Positions 46,048-55,920 of a stretch of 64,000 nucleotides of DNA are shown here, one piece after another. The number at the start of each line of letters is the position of its first letter. Within the stretch, counting starts at the first letter, position 1. The stretch is taken from positions 3,433 through 67,432 of the forward strand of contig JARYMM010000013.1 of NCBI GenBank assembly GCA_029907105.1, written 5' to 3'. The notes under the pieces are model-generated. The model had not been told where the DNA came from, made no database searches, and saw only the letters and a program-made list of their open reading frames with translations. Position numbers and translations under genes: made by a program. The DNA comes from Anaerolineae bacterium (GTDB lineage Bacteria > Chloroflexota > Anaerolineae > UBA3071).

Positions 46048-46959
46048 GTGGTCTTGACTACGGGGATAGTTTTCGATATCGAGAAATTCTCCATCCACGA
46101 CGGGCCGGGCATTCGTACCACGGTCTTTTTCAAGGGATGTCCCTTGCGTTGCTGGTGGTGTCATAACCCTGAAGGGCTGGCCCCGGAGCGGGAATTGGTC
46201 TTCTGGGCAAATCGGTGCATCCGATGTGAGGCCTGCCTGGCGGTCTGCACCCACGGCGCGATCTCTCGGGATGGGGACGCGATGATCACCGATAGGGAGA
46301 AATGCACGCTCTGCGGGGATTGTGTTGCGGTCTGTTACACAGAGGCGCGCGAGATCGCCGGCCGAGAGGTGACAGTGGCGCAGGTGATGGCCGAGATCAG
46401 ACGGGACATCCCATTCTATGACGAAACCGGTGGGGGTGTGACCTTCTCCGGCGGAGAACCCCTGCTCCAACCGGACTTCCTGCTTGCTCTGCTCAGAGCA
46501 TGTAAAGAAGAGGGCATCCACACCGCTGTGGACACCTGTGGGTTTGCCCCCTGGGAAACGTTGGACAGGGTTCGGGGATATGTGGACCTGTTTCTATACG
46601 ACCTCAAGCTGATGGACGAGGCCAGGCACCGCCAATTCACCGGTGTGTCCAACAAGGCGATCCTGAGCAATCTGCAGATGCTTTCCCGGCGAGGGCACAA
46701 CATCCGCCTGCGCATACCGCTCATCCCGGGGATAAACGATGACGCTGAGAACATGCGCCAGATCGGCTCATTTGCCGCTGCCCTGCCCCATCTGATCAGA
46801 GTGGATGTCTTGCCTTATCACCGCACCGCCATTGAGAAGTACAGACGGCTGAACATGGTCTACGCTTTGCCCGAAACCCGTCCCCCTTCCGACGAAGGCA
46901 CAGCCAGGGCAGCGCACATCCTGGAGGAATTCGGACTGCAAGTAAGCATTGGAGGTTGA
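46048..46959 (+). CDS. Glycyl-radical enzyme activating protein (radical SAM with two ferredoxin-like clusters)
   Basis: GTG start. FSIHDGPGIRTTVFFKGCPLRCWWCHNPE (CX3CX2C), CIRCEACLAVC and CTLCGDCVAVC, GGVTFSGGEP. Confidence 0.9.
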   Translation: MVLTTGIVFDIEKFSIHDGPGIRTTVFFKGCPLRCWWCHNPEGLAPERELVFWANRCIRCEACLAVCTHGAISRDGDAMITDREKCTLCGDCVAVCYTEAREIAGREVTVAQVMAEIRRDIPFYDETGGGVTFSGGEPLLQPDFLLALLRACKEEGIHTAVDTCGFAPWETLDRVRGYVDLFLYDLKLMDEARHRQFTGVSNKAILSNLQMLSRRGHNIRLRIPLIPGINDDAENMRQIGSFAAALPHLIRVDVLPYHRTAIEKYRRLNMVYALPETRPPSDEGTARAAHILEEFGLQVSIGG

Positions 46960-46963
46960 AGCC

Positions 46964-49339
46964 ATGACGATCGGTGAACGGGTTGCCCGTTTGCGGCAGC
47001 AGAGCCTGGAGGCCAGGCCCACCATCTCGTCGGAGCGCGCGGAACTGCTGACCGAGTTCTACCGCCAGACCGCGGGCAGCATGATGTCGGCACCCATGCG
47101 TCGCGCGCTGGCTTTCCGGTACTTGATGGAGCACAAGACCATCTGCATCAACGAAGGGGAACTGATCGTCGGCGAAAAGGGCCCGGCCCCCAAGGCCGCG
47201 CCGACCTACCCCGAGCTGTGCTGCCACAGCCTGGAGGATCTCGACATCCTCAACTCGCGGGAAAAGATATCTTTCGCCGTCAGCCCCCAGGTGCGCAAGG
47301 TCTACGAGGAGACCATCATCCCCTTCTGGCGGGGCAAGACCATGCGTGAGCTCATCTTCCGGGAGATGACAGACGAATGGAAGGCCGCGTACGAGGCGGG
47401 CGTCTTCACCGAATTCATGGAGCAGCGCTCGCCCGGCCATACCGTCCTGGATGACAAGATCTACCGCAAGGGGATGCTCGATTTCAAGCAGGACATTCAA
47501 CGCAGCCTGGACAATCTGGACTACCTCAACGACCCCGAAGCCTACGACAAACAAGAAGAACTCAAGGCCATGGCGATCTGCGCCGACGCCTTGATCCGCT
47601 TTGCCGAGCGCCATGCGGAAAAAGCGCGGGAGCTGGCGCAGCAGGAGACGGATCCACAACGAAGGAAGGAACTGGAGCGCATCGCCGAGGTCTGCACGCA
47701 CGTCCCGGCGCACGCCCCGCGGGACTTCTGGGAGGCGTTGCAGTATTACTGGTTCGTGCACCTCGGCGTGACCACCGAGCTCAACCCCTGGGATGCCTTC
47801 AACCCCGGCAAACTGGATCAGCATTTATACCCCTTCTACAAGAAGGGGCTGGAAGAGGGGACGCTCTCCCGCGAGCAGGCTGAAGAGCTGTTGCAGTGCT
47901 TCTGGATCAAGTTCAACAACCAGCCCGCGCCGCCCAAGGTGGGGGTCACCGCGGCGGAGAGCAGCACCTACACCGATTTCGCCCAGATCAACCTGGGAGG
48001 CGTGAAGCCGGACGGCACCGACGCTGTCAACGAGCTCACCTACCTGATCCTGGACGTGATCGAGGAGATGCGGCTGCTGCAGCCCAGCTCTTCCATCCAG
48101 GTCAGCAAGAAAAATCCCGATCGCTTCATCAAGCGGGCAGCACAGATCATCCGCACGGGCTTTGGCCAGCCCTCGGTGTTCAACAGCGACCTGGTGGTCC
48201 AGGAACTGGTTCGGCAGGGCAAATCCCTCGCCGATGCCCGCTGCGGCGGGACCAGCGGGTGCGTGGAGACCGGCGCCTTCGGCAAGGAGAGCTACATCCT
48301 GACGGGCTACTTCAACATGCCCAAGGTGCTGGAGCTCACCCTGAACAACGGCGTTGACCCGCGCACGGGCCGCAGGATCGGGCTGGAGACCGGTGACCCC
48401 AGGCAGTTCGAGACCTTTGAGGAGCTCTTCGAGGCCTACCGAAAACAGTTGAACACCTTTGTGGACATCAAGGTGAGGGGGAACAACGTCATCGAAAGGC
48501 TGTACGCCAGATATATCCCTGCCCCCTTCCTTTCGCTGCTGATTGACGATTGCATTGCCAAAGGCAAGGATTACCACGACGGCGGCGCGCGCTACAACAC
48601 CACGTACATTCAGGGCGTAGGCCTGGGCACGATGACCGACGCCCTGACCGCCATCAAGTATCACGTCTTTGACCAGAAGACCCTGAGCATGGAGGCGTTG
48701 CTGGCCGCCCTGCGCGACAACTTCGAGGGCCATGAGCGGGTGCGCCAGATGCTCCTGAACAAGACGCCCAAGTATGGCAACGACGACGACTATGCCGATG
48801 CCATGATGGTGGACGTGTTTGAGGCCTATTTCCAGGCCGTGGATGGTCGCAAGAACACCAAGGGGGGAACCTATCACATCAACCTGCTGCCGACCACAGT
48901 TCACGTTTACTTTGGTTCGGTAGTGGGGGCCACGCCCGACGGACGCAGGGCCTGGACGCCCCTCTCCGAGGGCGTTTCGCCGGTGCAGGGCGCGGACCGC
49001 CGTGGCCCGACCGCGGTCATCAAATCGGTGGCCAAGATGGACCACGTCCGCACCGGCGGCACGCTGCTCAACCAGAAATTCACGCCCCAGTTGCTCAAGG
49101 ACGACGCCGGACTGGACAAGCTGGTGCAGTTGATACGGACCTACTTCAAGCTGGACGGCCACCATATCCAGTTCAATGTCGTGGATGCCGCCACGCTGCG
49201 CGCGGCGCAGGCGAACCCTGAGCAATACCGCAACCTGATCGTGCGCGTGGCGGGCTACAGCGACTACTTCTGCGACCTGGGCAAAGCGCTGCAGGACGAG
49301 ATCATCGCCCGGACTGAGCATCAGTCCTTTGGTACATAA
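46964..49339 (+). CDS. Glycyl radical enzyme, PFL2/glycerol-dehydratase-like (1,2-eliminase class), substrate unknown
   Basis: 791 aa with GGAGG 8 nt upstream. Thiyl loop CGGTSGCVETG (Cys-x-Glu) and the C-terminal glycyl radical motif LIVRVAGYSDYF. Confidence 0.88.
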   Translation: MTIGERVARLRQQSLEARPTISSERAELLTEFYRQTAGSMMSAPMRRALAFRYLMEHKTICINEGELIVGEKGPAPKAAPTYPELCCHSLEDLDILNSREKISFAVSPQVRKVYEETIIPFWRGKTMRELIFREMTDEWKAAYEAGVFTEFMEQRSPGHTVLDDKIYRKGMLDFKQDIQRSLDNLDYLNDPEAYDKQEELKAMAICADALIRFAERHAEKARELAQQETDPQRRKELERIAEVCTHVPAHAPRDFWEALQYYWFVHLGVTTELNPWDAFNPGKLDQHLYPFYKKGLEEGTLSREQAEELLQCFWIKFNNQPAPPKVGVTAAESSTYTDFAQINLGGVKPDGTDAVNELTYLILDVIEEMRLLQPSSSIQVSKKNPDRFIKRAAQIIRTGFGQPSVFNSDLVVQELVRQGKSLADARCGGTSGCVETGAFGKESYILTGYFNMPKVLELTLNNGVDPRTGRRIGLETGDPRQFETFEELFEAYRKQLNTFVDIKVRGNNVIERLYARYIPAPFLSLLIDDCIAKGKDYHDGGARYNTTYIQGVGLGTMTDALTAIKYHVFDQKTLSMEALLAALRDNFEGHERVRQMLLNKTPKYGNDDDYADAMMVDVFEAYFQAVDGRKNTKGGTYHINLLPTTVHVYFGSVVGATPDGRRAWTPLSEGVSPVQGADRRGPTAVIKSVAKMDHVRTGGTLLNQKFTPQLLKDDAGLDKLVQLIRTYFKLDGHHIQFNVVDAATLRAAQANPEQYRNLIVRVAGYSDYFCDLGKALQDEIIARTEHQSFGT

Positions 49340-49394
49340 CAGGCAGGACAAGCGGGAGCAGGTGACAGAGAGGCAGGAGTCCGCATCATCCAAG

Positions 49395-49536
49395 GTAACT
49401 GCCTACCTTCGGCCTTGCAACGTGAGATATAGCGGTGGGCTGGCGTCATTGCGAGCCCCGAAGGGGCGAAGCAATCTCCTGTTTCGATTCCAGGAGACTG
49501 CTTCGCTTCGCTCGCAGTGACAGGGTAGGTAGTTAC
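49395..49536. mobile_element. 142-bp MITE, copy A (TIR gtaactRcctacc, internal cattgcgag hairpin), with an 8-bp TSD
   Basis: Identical on reading to the reverse complement of 60807-60948. Flanked by catccaag / catccgag. Confidence 0.85.
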
Positions 49537-49641
49537 CATCCGAGCCTTCCGATTTGCCCTTTGCCGCTTTCTGTGCTAACCTTTCTCGCCAGGGGGCACT
49601 CACCTTGCCCCACACCAATCTACCAGCTTACTAATCTACCA

Positions 49642-50736
49642 ATGTCCCAATCCACCGACCTGCCAACCTACCGCAAACTGGCCCAGCGCCTGGACACCAT
49701 CCCCAACGGCTTTCCCTCCACGCAAAGCGGCGTCGAGCTGAAGCTGCTGGCCAAGCTGTACACCCCCGAGCAGGCCAAGCTGGCCGCGGTGATGCGGCTC
49801 ACACCCGAGCCCGCCGAGGCCATCGCCGCCCGCGTCGGCTGGGAGCCTGCCGCCGCCTACAACGCGCTCAAGGATATGGCCCGCCTGGGCCTGATCCGCG
49901 CCCAACGCGGCGAACAGGGGCTCACCTTCGGCCTCATGCCCTTCGTCGTCGGCGTGTACGAATCGCAACTGGCGCGCATGGATGAAGAGCTGGCCCAGCT
50001 CTTCGAGGCCTACTTTCAGGAGAGCTTCGGCCGTGAGGTGCTGAGCACACCGCCCTCCGTGCACCGCATCATCCCCGTCGAACAGAGCATCCCCGTAGAC
50101 CTGGAGGTCTTCCCCTACGAGCGGGCCTCGCAATTGCTGGAGGGGGCTAACTCCTTCGGCGTGCGCGACTGTATCTGCCGCGTGGAGAAGCGGTTGCTGG
50201 GCCAGGGCTGCGACCACCCCGTGGAAAACTGCCTGGTCTTCCATCCTGCCGAGCATGCCTTCGAGCGCAGCCGCACCATCCGCACTATCAGCAAAGAGGA
50301 AGCCCTGCGTATCCTGCGTCAGGCCACAGAGGCGGGATTGGTGCACTCCTCGGCCAATGTGCAGAAGGGACACGGCTATATCTGCAACTGCTGCACCTGC
50401 TGCTGCGGCATCCTGCGCGGCCTGACCGAGTTCGGCAACGCCGAGGCTATGGCCCGCTCCAACTTCCACGCCGCCGTGGATGGCGACCTGTGCATAGCCT
50501 GTGCGTCCTGCCTGGAGGTCTGTCCCTTCGGGGCGCTGTCGCTGCCCGGCGACATCGTGGAAGTGGACCTGGGCCGCTGCATGGGCTGCGGGCTATGTGT
50601 CCCCGCCTGCCCCAGCGAAGCGCTGTCCCTGCGGCGCAAGCCGGAGGCAGAAATCACCCCGCCGCCGCTGGACGAAGAGGCCTGGCTCATGGAAAGGGCC
50701 AGGAAGCGGGGCGTCCCGCTGCATGAGATCCTGTGA
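49642..50736 (+). CDS. 4Fe-4S dicluster domain protein with an N-terminal winged-helix-like region
   Basis: Start at [17 protein letters not shown] (the upstream ORF part is MITE sequence). CICRVEKR..., [21 protein letters not shown] and [12 protein letters not shown] motifs. Confidence 0.7.
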   Translation: MSQSTDLPTYRKLAQRLDTIPNGFPSTQSGVELKLLAKLYTPEQAKLAAVMRLTPEPAEAIAARVGWEPAAAYNALKDMARLGLIRAQRGEQGLTFGLMPFVVGVYESQLARMDEELAQLFEAYFQESFGREVLSTPPSVHRIIPVEQSIPVDLEVFPYERASQLLEGANSFGVRDCICRVEKRLLGQGCDHPVENCLVFHPAEHAFERSRTIRTISKEEALRILRQATEAGLVHSSANVQKGHGYICNCCTCCCGILRGLTEFGNAEAMARSNFHAAVDGDLCIACASCLEVCPFGALSLPGDIVEVDLGRCMGCGLCVPACPSEALSLRRKPEAEITPPPLDEEAWLMERARKRGVPLHEIL

Positions 50737-50788
50737 CGACGAAGGACGAAAGACAAAGGACGAAGGACAAAAGACGAAAAGCGACACC

Positions 50789-52249
50789 ATGACCATCACC
50801 ACCCCCGACTGGGTCAAAGAGGCCATCTTCTACCAGATCTTCCCCGACCGCTTTGCCCGCAGCGAGAGCGTGCCCAAGCCCTCTCGCCTGCAACCCTGGG
50901 ATGCGCCCCCTACGCGACACGGCTTCAAAGGCGGCGACCTCATCGGCGTGCTCGAGCGTCTGGACTACCTCCAGGAGCTGGGGGTGACGGCTATTTACTT
51001 CAACCCCATCTTCCAGTCCACGGCCAATCACCGCTACCACACCTACGACTATACCCGTGTTGATCCCCTGCTGGGCGGAAACACCGCTCTGCGCACACTG
51101 CTGGACGAGGCTCACCGCCGCGGGTTGCGCATCGTCCTCGATGGCGTGTTCAATCATGCCAGCCGTGGCTTCTTCCAGTTCAACGACATCCTGGAAAACG
51201 GCCCCGATTCGCCCTACCTCGACTGGTTCATCATCAAACGCTTCCCCCTCAACGCCTACGAGGACAACGGCACGCCCAACTACGAAGCCTGGTGGAACCT
51301 CCCCGCCCTGCCCAAATTCAATACCGAGAACCCCGCCGTGCGGGAGTTCCTGTGGGGCGTGGCCGCGCATTGGGTGCAGGAGGGGATTGACGGCTGGCGG
51401 CTGGACGTGCCGGAGGAGATTGACGATGCCGAATTCTGGCGGGAATTCCGCCGCCGCGTTAAGGGGATCAATCCGCAGGCCTACATCGTGGGCGAGATCT
51501 GGCACGAGGCGCAAGACTGGCTGCAGGGCGATCAGTTCGACGCTGTGATGAACTACCCCTTCACCCGCGCCTGCCTGGGCTTCTTCGGCGGAGAGGCGCT
51601 CGATCTCAGCGCCCGGCCCGGCGGCTACCAACTGCGCAGGCTGGATGCCCCCGCCTTCGCCCAGGAGATGGACAGGCAACTGCGCCTCTACGACTGGGAG
51701 GTGACCCAGGCCCAGCTCAACCTCCTGGGCAGCCACGACACCCCCCGCTTCCTGACCCTGATCGGCGGCGACAAGGCCCGTTTCAAGCTGGCCATCCTGT
51801 TCCAGATGACCTTCGTGGGCGCGCCGTGCATCTACTACGGCGACGAAATCGGCCTGCAAGGAGGCCCCGACCCCGATTGCCGGCGGGCCATGCCCTGGGA
51901 CGAACGGCAATGGGACCTCGACCTGTTGGCTTATGTCAAGAAATGCACGGCCCTGCGCCGGGCCCACCCGGCCCTGCGGCGAGGCGACGTCACCAACCTC
52001 TTCGCCAGTGGCGGCCTCTATGCCTTCGGGCGGCGGCTGGGAGGGGAGACGGTCGTCGTGGTGCTCAACAACAGCCCGGCCAGCCAGGCCCTGGAGGTTC
52101 CCGTGGCCGGTTATCTGGCCGATGGCAGCGTGCTGCGAGACGTGTGGAATGGCGGCCAGGCAGTGACGGTCAGGGGTGGATACCTGGGCGAGCTGACGCT
52201 GCCGCCCCGTTCGGCGGCCGTGTTGGTCTGCGGCTCGGCCAGCGCCTGA
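50789..52249 (+). CDS. GH13 alpha-amylase-family enzyme (neopullulanase/cyclomaltodextrinase-like, no signal peptide)
   Basis: [16 protein letters not shown], the four conserved regions [30 protein letters not shown]. Start at the ATG at 50789. Confidence 0.9.
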   Translation: MTITTPDWVKEAIFYQIFPDRFARSESVPKPSRLQPWDAPPTRHGFKGGDLIGVLERLDYLQELGVTAIYFNPIFQSTANHRYHTYDYTRVDPLLGGNTALRTLLDEAHRRGLRIVLDGVFNHASRGFFQFNDILENGPDSPYLDWFIIKRFPLNAYEDNGTPNYEAWWNLPALPKFNTENPAVREFLWGVAAHWVQEGIDGWRLDVPEEIDDAEFWREFRRRVKGINPQAYIVGEIWHEAQDWLQGDQFDAVMNYPFTRACLGFFGGEALDLSARPGGYQLRRLDAPAFAQEMDRQLRLYDWEVTQAQLNLLGSHDTPRFLTLIGGDKARFKLAILFQMTFVGAPCIYYGDEIGLQGGPDPDCRRAMPWDERQWDLDLLAYVKKCTALRRAHPALRRGDVTNLFASGGLYAFGRRLGGETVVVVLNNSPASQALEVPVAGYLADGSVLRDVWNGGQAVTVRGGYLGELTLPPRSAAVLVCGSASA

Positions 52250-52301
52250 TGCGGCGATAACGGAAGTCAACCCGTTCAGGTTCACGTCTCAGGGGTCTCA
52301 G

Positions 52302-53429
52302 GTGAGTTTGATATACGTTGACGTATCCGCCGCCGTGCACAGGCGGGCCGGACTGGGCCGTTACGCCGAAAGCCTGGTGCGGGCGCTGCTGGAGCGAGAG
52401 CCCGGCTGTTTCGCCTTCTTCCATAACCGCGAGCGGGGCTTCCAGCCGCTGCAGGGCCTGGAACACGTTCCTGCACGCAGTGTGTCCCTGGGCTACAAGC
52501 CCTGGCGCATGGCCGTCTGGCTGGGCCAACTGGCAAGGCTGGGCTTCGACCGGCTGCTGCCCGGGGCTGAGCTCTTCCACGCCACCGAGCACCTGTTGCT
52601 GCCTTTGCGCCACGTGCCCACCGTGCTCACCGTGCACGATCTCATCTTCCACCTCTTCCCCCAGCACCACAAGCGGCTCAACTATTGGTACCTGCGCCTG
52701 ACCATGCCCCTCTACTGCCGTCGCGCCCAGGCCATCATCACCATTTCCGAGACGAGCAAACGGGACCTGTTGCGTTGCTATGGCCTGCCTGCCGACAAGG
52801 TCACCGTGGTCTATGAGGCCGCCGCGCCCCATTTCCGGCCGGCACCGGCGGAAGCCATCGCCGCCGTGCGCCATCGCTACGGGCTGCCGGAACGTTATGT
52901 CGTCTTTGTGGGCACCATCGAGCCGCGCAAAAACCTCAGCCGGCTGTTGGAGGCCCTTTGTCTGCTACACGAAAGGGGAGATGGTGCGAAGCTGGTGATT
53001 GTGGGACGTCGGGGATGGCTATACGAAGATTTTTTCCGCCGCCTCCAGAAATTGCCCCCTGGAGCGGTCATCTTCACCGGCTATGCATCTGACGAAGAGC
53101 TGGCCGCCCTTTACAGCGGAGCGACGCTGGCTGTGCTTCCTTCACTATACGAAGGGTTCGGGTTGCCCGTGCTGGAAGCGATGGCCTGCGGCACGCCCGT
53201 CGCTTGCAGCCGCACCTCCAGCCTGCCCGAGGTCGGCGGCGAGGCCGCTGCCTACTTCGACCCCACGGACGTCGAGGACATGGCCGGGGTCATGCATCAG
53301 GTCTTGGCCGACGAAGAAAGACAGGCGGAGATGCGCGCTCACGGCCTGGCCCGGGCGGCCCGATTTTCCTGGTCACGCGCCGCCGAGGAGACCATGGCCG
53401 TCTACGAGAACGTAAAACGTAAACGTTGA
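52302..53429 (+). CDS. Glycosyltransferase family 4
   Basis: GTG start. IYVDVSAAVHRRAGLGRY, VGTIEPRKN, PSLYEGFGLPVLEAMACGTPV (EX7E region). Confidence 0.85.
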   Translation: MSLIYVDVSAAVHRRAGLGRYAESLVRALLEREPGCFAFFHNRERGFQPLQGLEHVPARSVSLGYKPWRMAVWLGQLARLGFDRLLPGAELFHATEHLLLPLRHVPTVLTVHDLIFHLFPQHHKRLNYWYLRLTMPLYCRRAQAIITISETSKRDLLRCYGLPADKVTVVYEAAAPHFRPAPAEAIAAVRHRYGLPERYVVFVGTIEPRKNLSRLLEALCLLHERGDGAKLVIVGRRGWLYEDFFRRLQKLPPGAVIFTGYASDEELAALYSGATLAVLPSLYEGFGLPVLEAMACGTPVACSRTSSLPEVGGEAAAYFDPTDVEDMAGVMHQVLADEERQAEMRAHGLARAARFSWSRAAEETMAVYENVKRKR

Positions 53430-53451
53430 CCGATGCCCCAGATCTTACGTT

Positions 53452-53850
53452 TCACGTTTCCCACCTTTCCACCACATGCCGCTGCACCACGACCTGTTGG
53501 CCATCGGCCAGGGTCAGCAGCACGGCGCCCAGGTCCCACCACTCCACGCGGCCGGCAAAGCTCTCGCCCGTGCGCAGATGCAGGCGGATGGGACGGCCCT
53601 CCTCCTGAGCCGCCACCAACGCGGCGCTCAGCGCTTTGCGCGGCCAGTCGAAGCGCCAGCGCAACTCCTCCACCGGCACCTGGAAGTAGCCGGCCAGTTT
53701 GACCAACGCCTCTTCGTCCCCCACTGCGCGGTAGCGCTGCTCCATCTGGCGGTAGATGCTGGAGGGCACGCCCGTGGCATCGGCGATTTCCCAGGGCGTG
53801 GGGCCGCCCTTTACCGCCCGCAGGTAGCGCAGATAATCGCCCAGGCTCAC
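53452..53850 (-). CDS. XRE-type HTH protein with a C-terminal Sm/Hfq-like module (small paralog)
   Basis: 132 aa. HTH LGDYLRYLRAVKGGPTPWEIADATGVPSSIYRQMEQ. C-terminus IRLHLRTGESFAGRVEWWDLGAVLLTLADGQQVVVQRHVVERW has an Sm1/Sm2-like pattern. 4-nt overlap with the upstream gene. Confidence 0.6.
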   Translation of the reverse strand: MSLGDYLRYLRAVKGGPTPWEIADATGVPSSIYRQMEQRYRAVGDEEALVKLAGYFQVPVEELRWRFDWPRKALSAALVAAQEEGRPIRLHLRTGESFAGRVEWWDLGAVLLTLADGQQVVVQRHVVERWET

Positions 53851-54572
53851 GGCACCACCTCCCCGCCCGGCACGCGGTAGTAAGCGATGGCCAGTTTCTG
53901 CAAGGTCACCTCTGCGCCATCGGCCTGGCGGATGGTGATGGCATAGGGGCTGAAGCCCACGATCTGCCCGCTCAGCCGCTGGCCGTTGAAAAGGGTGAAT
54001 TCGATCGGCCGGGCCGCCTCTTGCTGCGCCGTCAGGTAGCGGAACTCGAATTCATCCACCGATTCCGGGAGGTAAGGACGGCGGCGCTTGCCCTTCTCCC
54101 TGGCCGGCCGTTCGGCGGTGAGGCGGCGCTGCAATTCGCCCAGCAGCCCGCTGGCCTCCAGACGGGTCAGCTCAGCAAAGGGCTTGCCGATGGCCACTTC
54201 CACCTCTGCCTGCTTCAACGCCAGCCGCTGGAGAAGCGCCTGCAGATGGGTGATCTGGCTGGGGCGGGCCGGGGCGGATGGCTGGGGCGGTTGCCCTGGC
54301 TTCGCCTCACGTCTCTGTCGCCCCTCCGGCTTCCGCTTCGCCCTGCCGGCCGGCTCCTGCGCCGCTGCTTTGGCCGGTATAGGGTCAGAGCGCAGCTTGA
54401 TCTCCCACTCCTCCACGTACAGGGCGCGGGCCAGGCGAGGCAGGTCATCCGTGCGGATGTCTTCCCTTCCCGCCTCGTATTCCCGCAGACGCTCGACGGG
54501 CACACCGGACCGGCTGCTCAATTGGGCGATGCTCATCTGCTTGCGCTGTCGGATCTTCCACAGGTCCTCCAT
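53847..54572 (-). CDS. XRE-type HTH protein with a basic linker, an HeH-like motif and a C-terminal Hfq-like module (large paralog)
   Basis: ATG at 54572 preceded by aaggaaggga. HTH MSIAQLSSRSGVPVERLREYEAGRE. C-terminus IEFTLFNGQRLSGQIVGFSPYAITIRQADGAEVTLQKLAIAYYRVP resembles the Hfq core (NG..L.GQI..F...I......V.K.AI). Confidence 0.6.
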   Translation of the reverse strand: MEDLWKIRQRKQMSIAQLSSRSGVPVERLREYEAGREDIRTDDLPRLARALYVEEWEIKLRSDPIPAKAAAQEPAGRAKRKPEGRQRREAKPGQPPQPSAPARPSQITHLQALLQRLALKQAEVEVAIGKPFAELTRLEASGLLGELQRRLTAERPAREKGKRRRPYLPESVDEFEFRYLTAQQEAARPIEFTLFNGQRLSGQIVGFSPYAITIRQADGAEVTLQKLAIAYYRVPGGEVVP

Positions 54573-54586
54573 ATCGTCCCTTCCTT

Positions 54587-54615
54587 TTGACGGATTACCA
54601 AAGGTGCGGTACAAT
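54587..54615 (+). promoter_or_regulatory. Sigma70-like promoter for the alpha-oxoamine synthase gene, overlapping the divergent HTH gene upstream region
   Basis: TTGACG, 17 nt, TACAAT, then an AGGAG SD before the ATG at 54679. Confidence 0.45.
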
Positions 54616-54678
54616 CGGCTTCATGCATCCGGGCACCCTACCGCCGTTTCACGCCATACATAGACAGGAGAAATCGTC

Positions 54679-55857
54679 ATGGATTTATTCGACAAGTGTC
54701 ATGCCTACACCCGGGCCAGAGAAGTCCAGGCTTTGGGCTTCTACCCCTATTTCATCCCTCTGCAACAGACAGAGGGCACCGAGGTGGTGGCGGCCGGCAA
54801 GCGGCTGATCATGGCCGGCTCCAACAACTACCTCGGCCTGACCACTCACCCCAAGGTGCGCTCGGCAGCCATGGAGGCCATCCGCCTCTACGGCACCAGT
54901 TGCACCGGCTCCCGCTTCCTCAACGGCACGTTGGAACTGCATCGCGAGCTGGAGCGCAGGCTGGCCGCTTTCGTGGGCAAGGAGGCCGCCCTGGTCTTCA
55001 GCACCGGCTTTCAGGTCAACCTGGGCACGATCTCCGCCCTGGTGGGCCGCGGCGACGTGGTCATCACCGACAAGGAAGACCATGCCAGCATCGTGGACGG
55101 CTGTCGCCTCTCCTTCGGCGAGATGAAGCGCTTTCGCCACAACGACATGGCCAGCCTGGAAAAAAGCCTGCAGAGCTGCGACCCCCAGGCAGGCAAGCTG
55201 GTGGTCGTGGACGGCATCTTCAGCATGGGCGGCGACATCGCCCCCCTGCCGGAGATCATCGCCCTCTGCAAACAGTACGGCGCCCGTCTGATGGTGGATG
55301 ACGCCCATTCCATCGGTGTGCTGGGCGGCGGACGAGGCACAGCCGCCCATTTCGGCGTCACCGACGACGTGGACCTGATCATGGGCACCTTCAGCAAGTC
55401 CTTCGCCTCGCTGGGCGGCTTCATCGCCGGCGACGAAGCGGTGCTCCACTACATCCAGCACACCGCCCGTTCGCTCATCTTCAGCGCCAGCATGCCACCC
55501 TCCAACGTGGCGGCCGTGCTGGCCGCGCTGGAGGTCATGCAAGAGGAGCCGCAACGGATCGAGCGGCTGCTGGCCATCGCCGAGAAGATGCGCCGCGGCT
55601 TCCAGGAACTGGGCTTCGACACCGGGGCCAGCCAGACGCCCATCATCCCCGTCATCATCGGCGAGGATATGGCCATGCTGCAATTCTGGAAAGCGCTGTT
55701 CGACGCCGGCATCTACGTCAACGCCGTGTTGCCCCCGGCCGTGCCCCCCGGCAAGGCGCTGCTGCGCACCAGCTACATGGCCACCCACACCGACGAGCAA
55801 CTGGACTGCATCCTGGCCGCATTCGAGAAGGTGGGCAACGAACTGGGCATCATCTAG
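54679..55857 (+). CDS. Alpha-oxoamine synthase family PLP enzyme, serine palmitoyltransferase / KBL-like
   Basis: FYPYF..., [41 protein letters not shown] (PLP lysine). Confidence 0.8.
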   Translation: MDLFDKCHAYTRAREVQALGFYPYFIPLQQTEGTEVVAAGKRLIMAGSNNYLGLTTHPKVRSAAMEAIRLYGTSCTGSRFLNGTLELHRELERRLAAFVGKEAALVFSTGFQVNLGTISALVGRGDVVITDKEDHASIVDGCRLSFGEMKRFRHNDMASLEKSLQSCDPQAGKLVVVDGIFSMGGDIAPLPEIIALCKQYGARLMVDDAHSIGVLGGGRGTAAHFGVTDDVDLIMGTFSKSFASLGGFIAGDEAVLHYIQHTARSLIFSASMPPSNVAAVLAALEVMQEEPQRIERLLAIAEKMRRGFQELGFDTGASQTPIIPVIIGEDMAMLQFWKALFDAGIYVNAVLPPAVPPGKALLRTSYMATHTDEQLDCILAAFEKVGNELGII

Positions 55858-55920
55858 AACGAGGAACAGACAAGGTGACAAGGAGACAAGAAGGAGTCTC
55901 CCCCTCTCCCAGTCTCCCCC

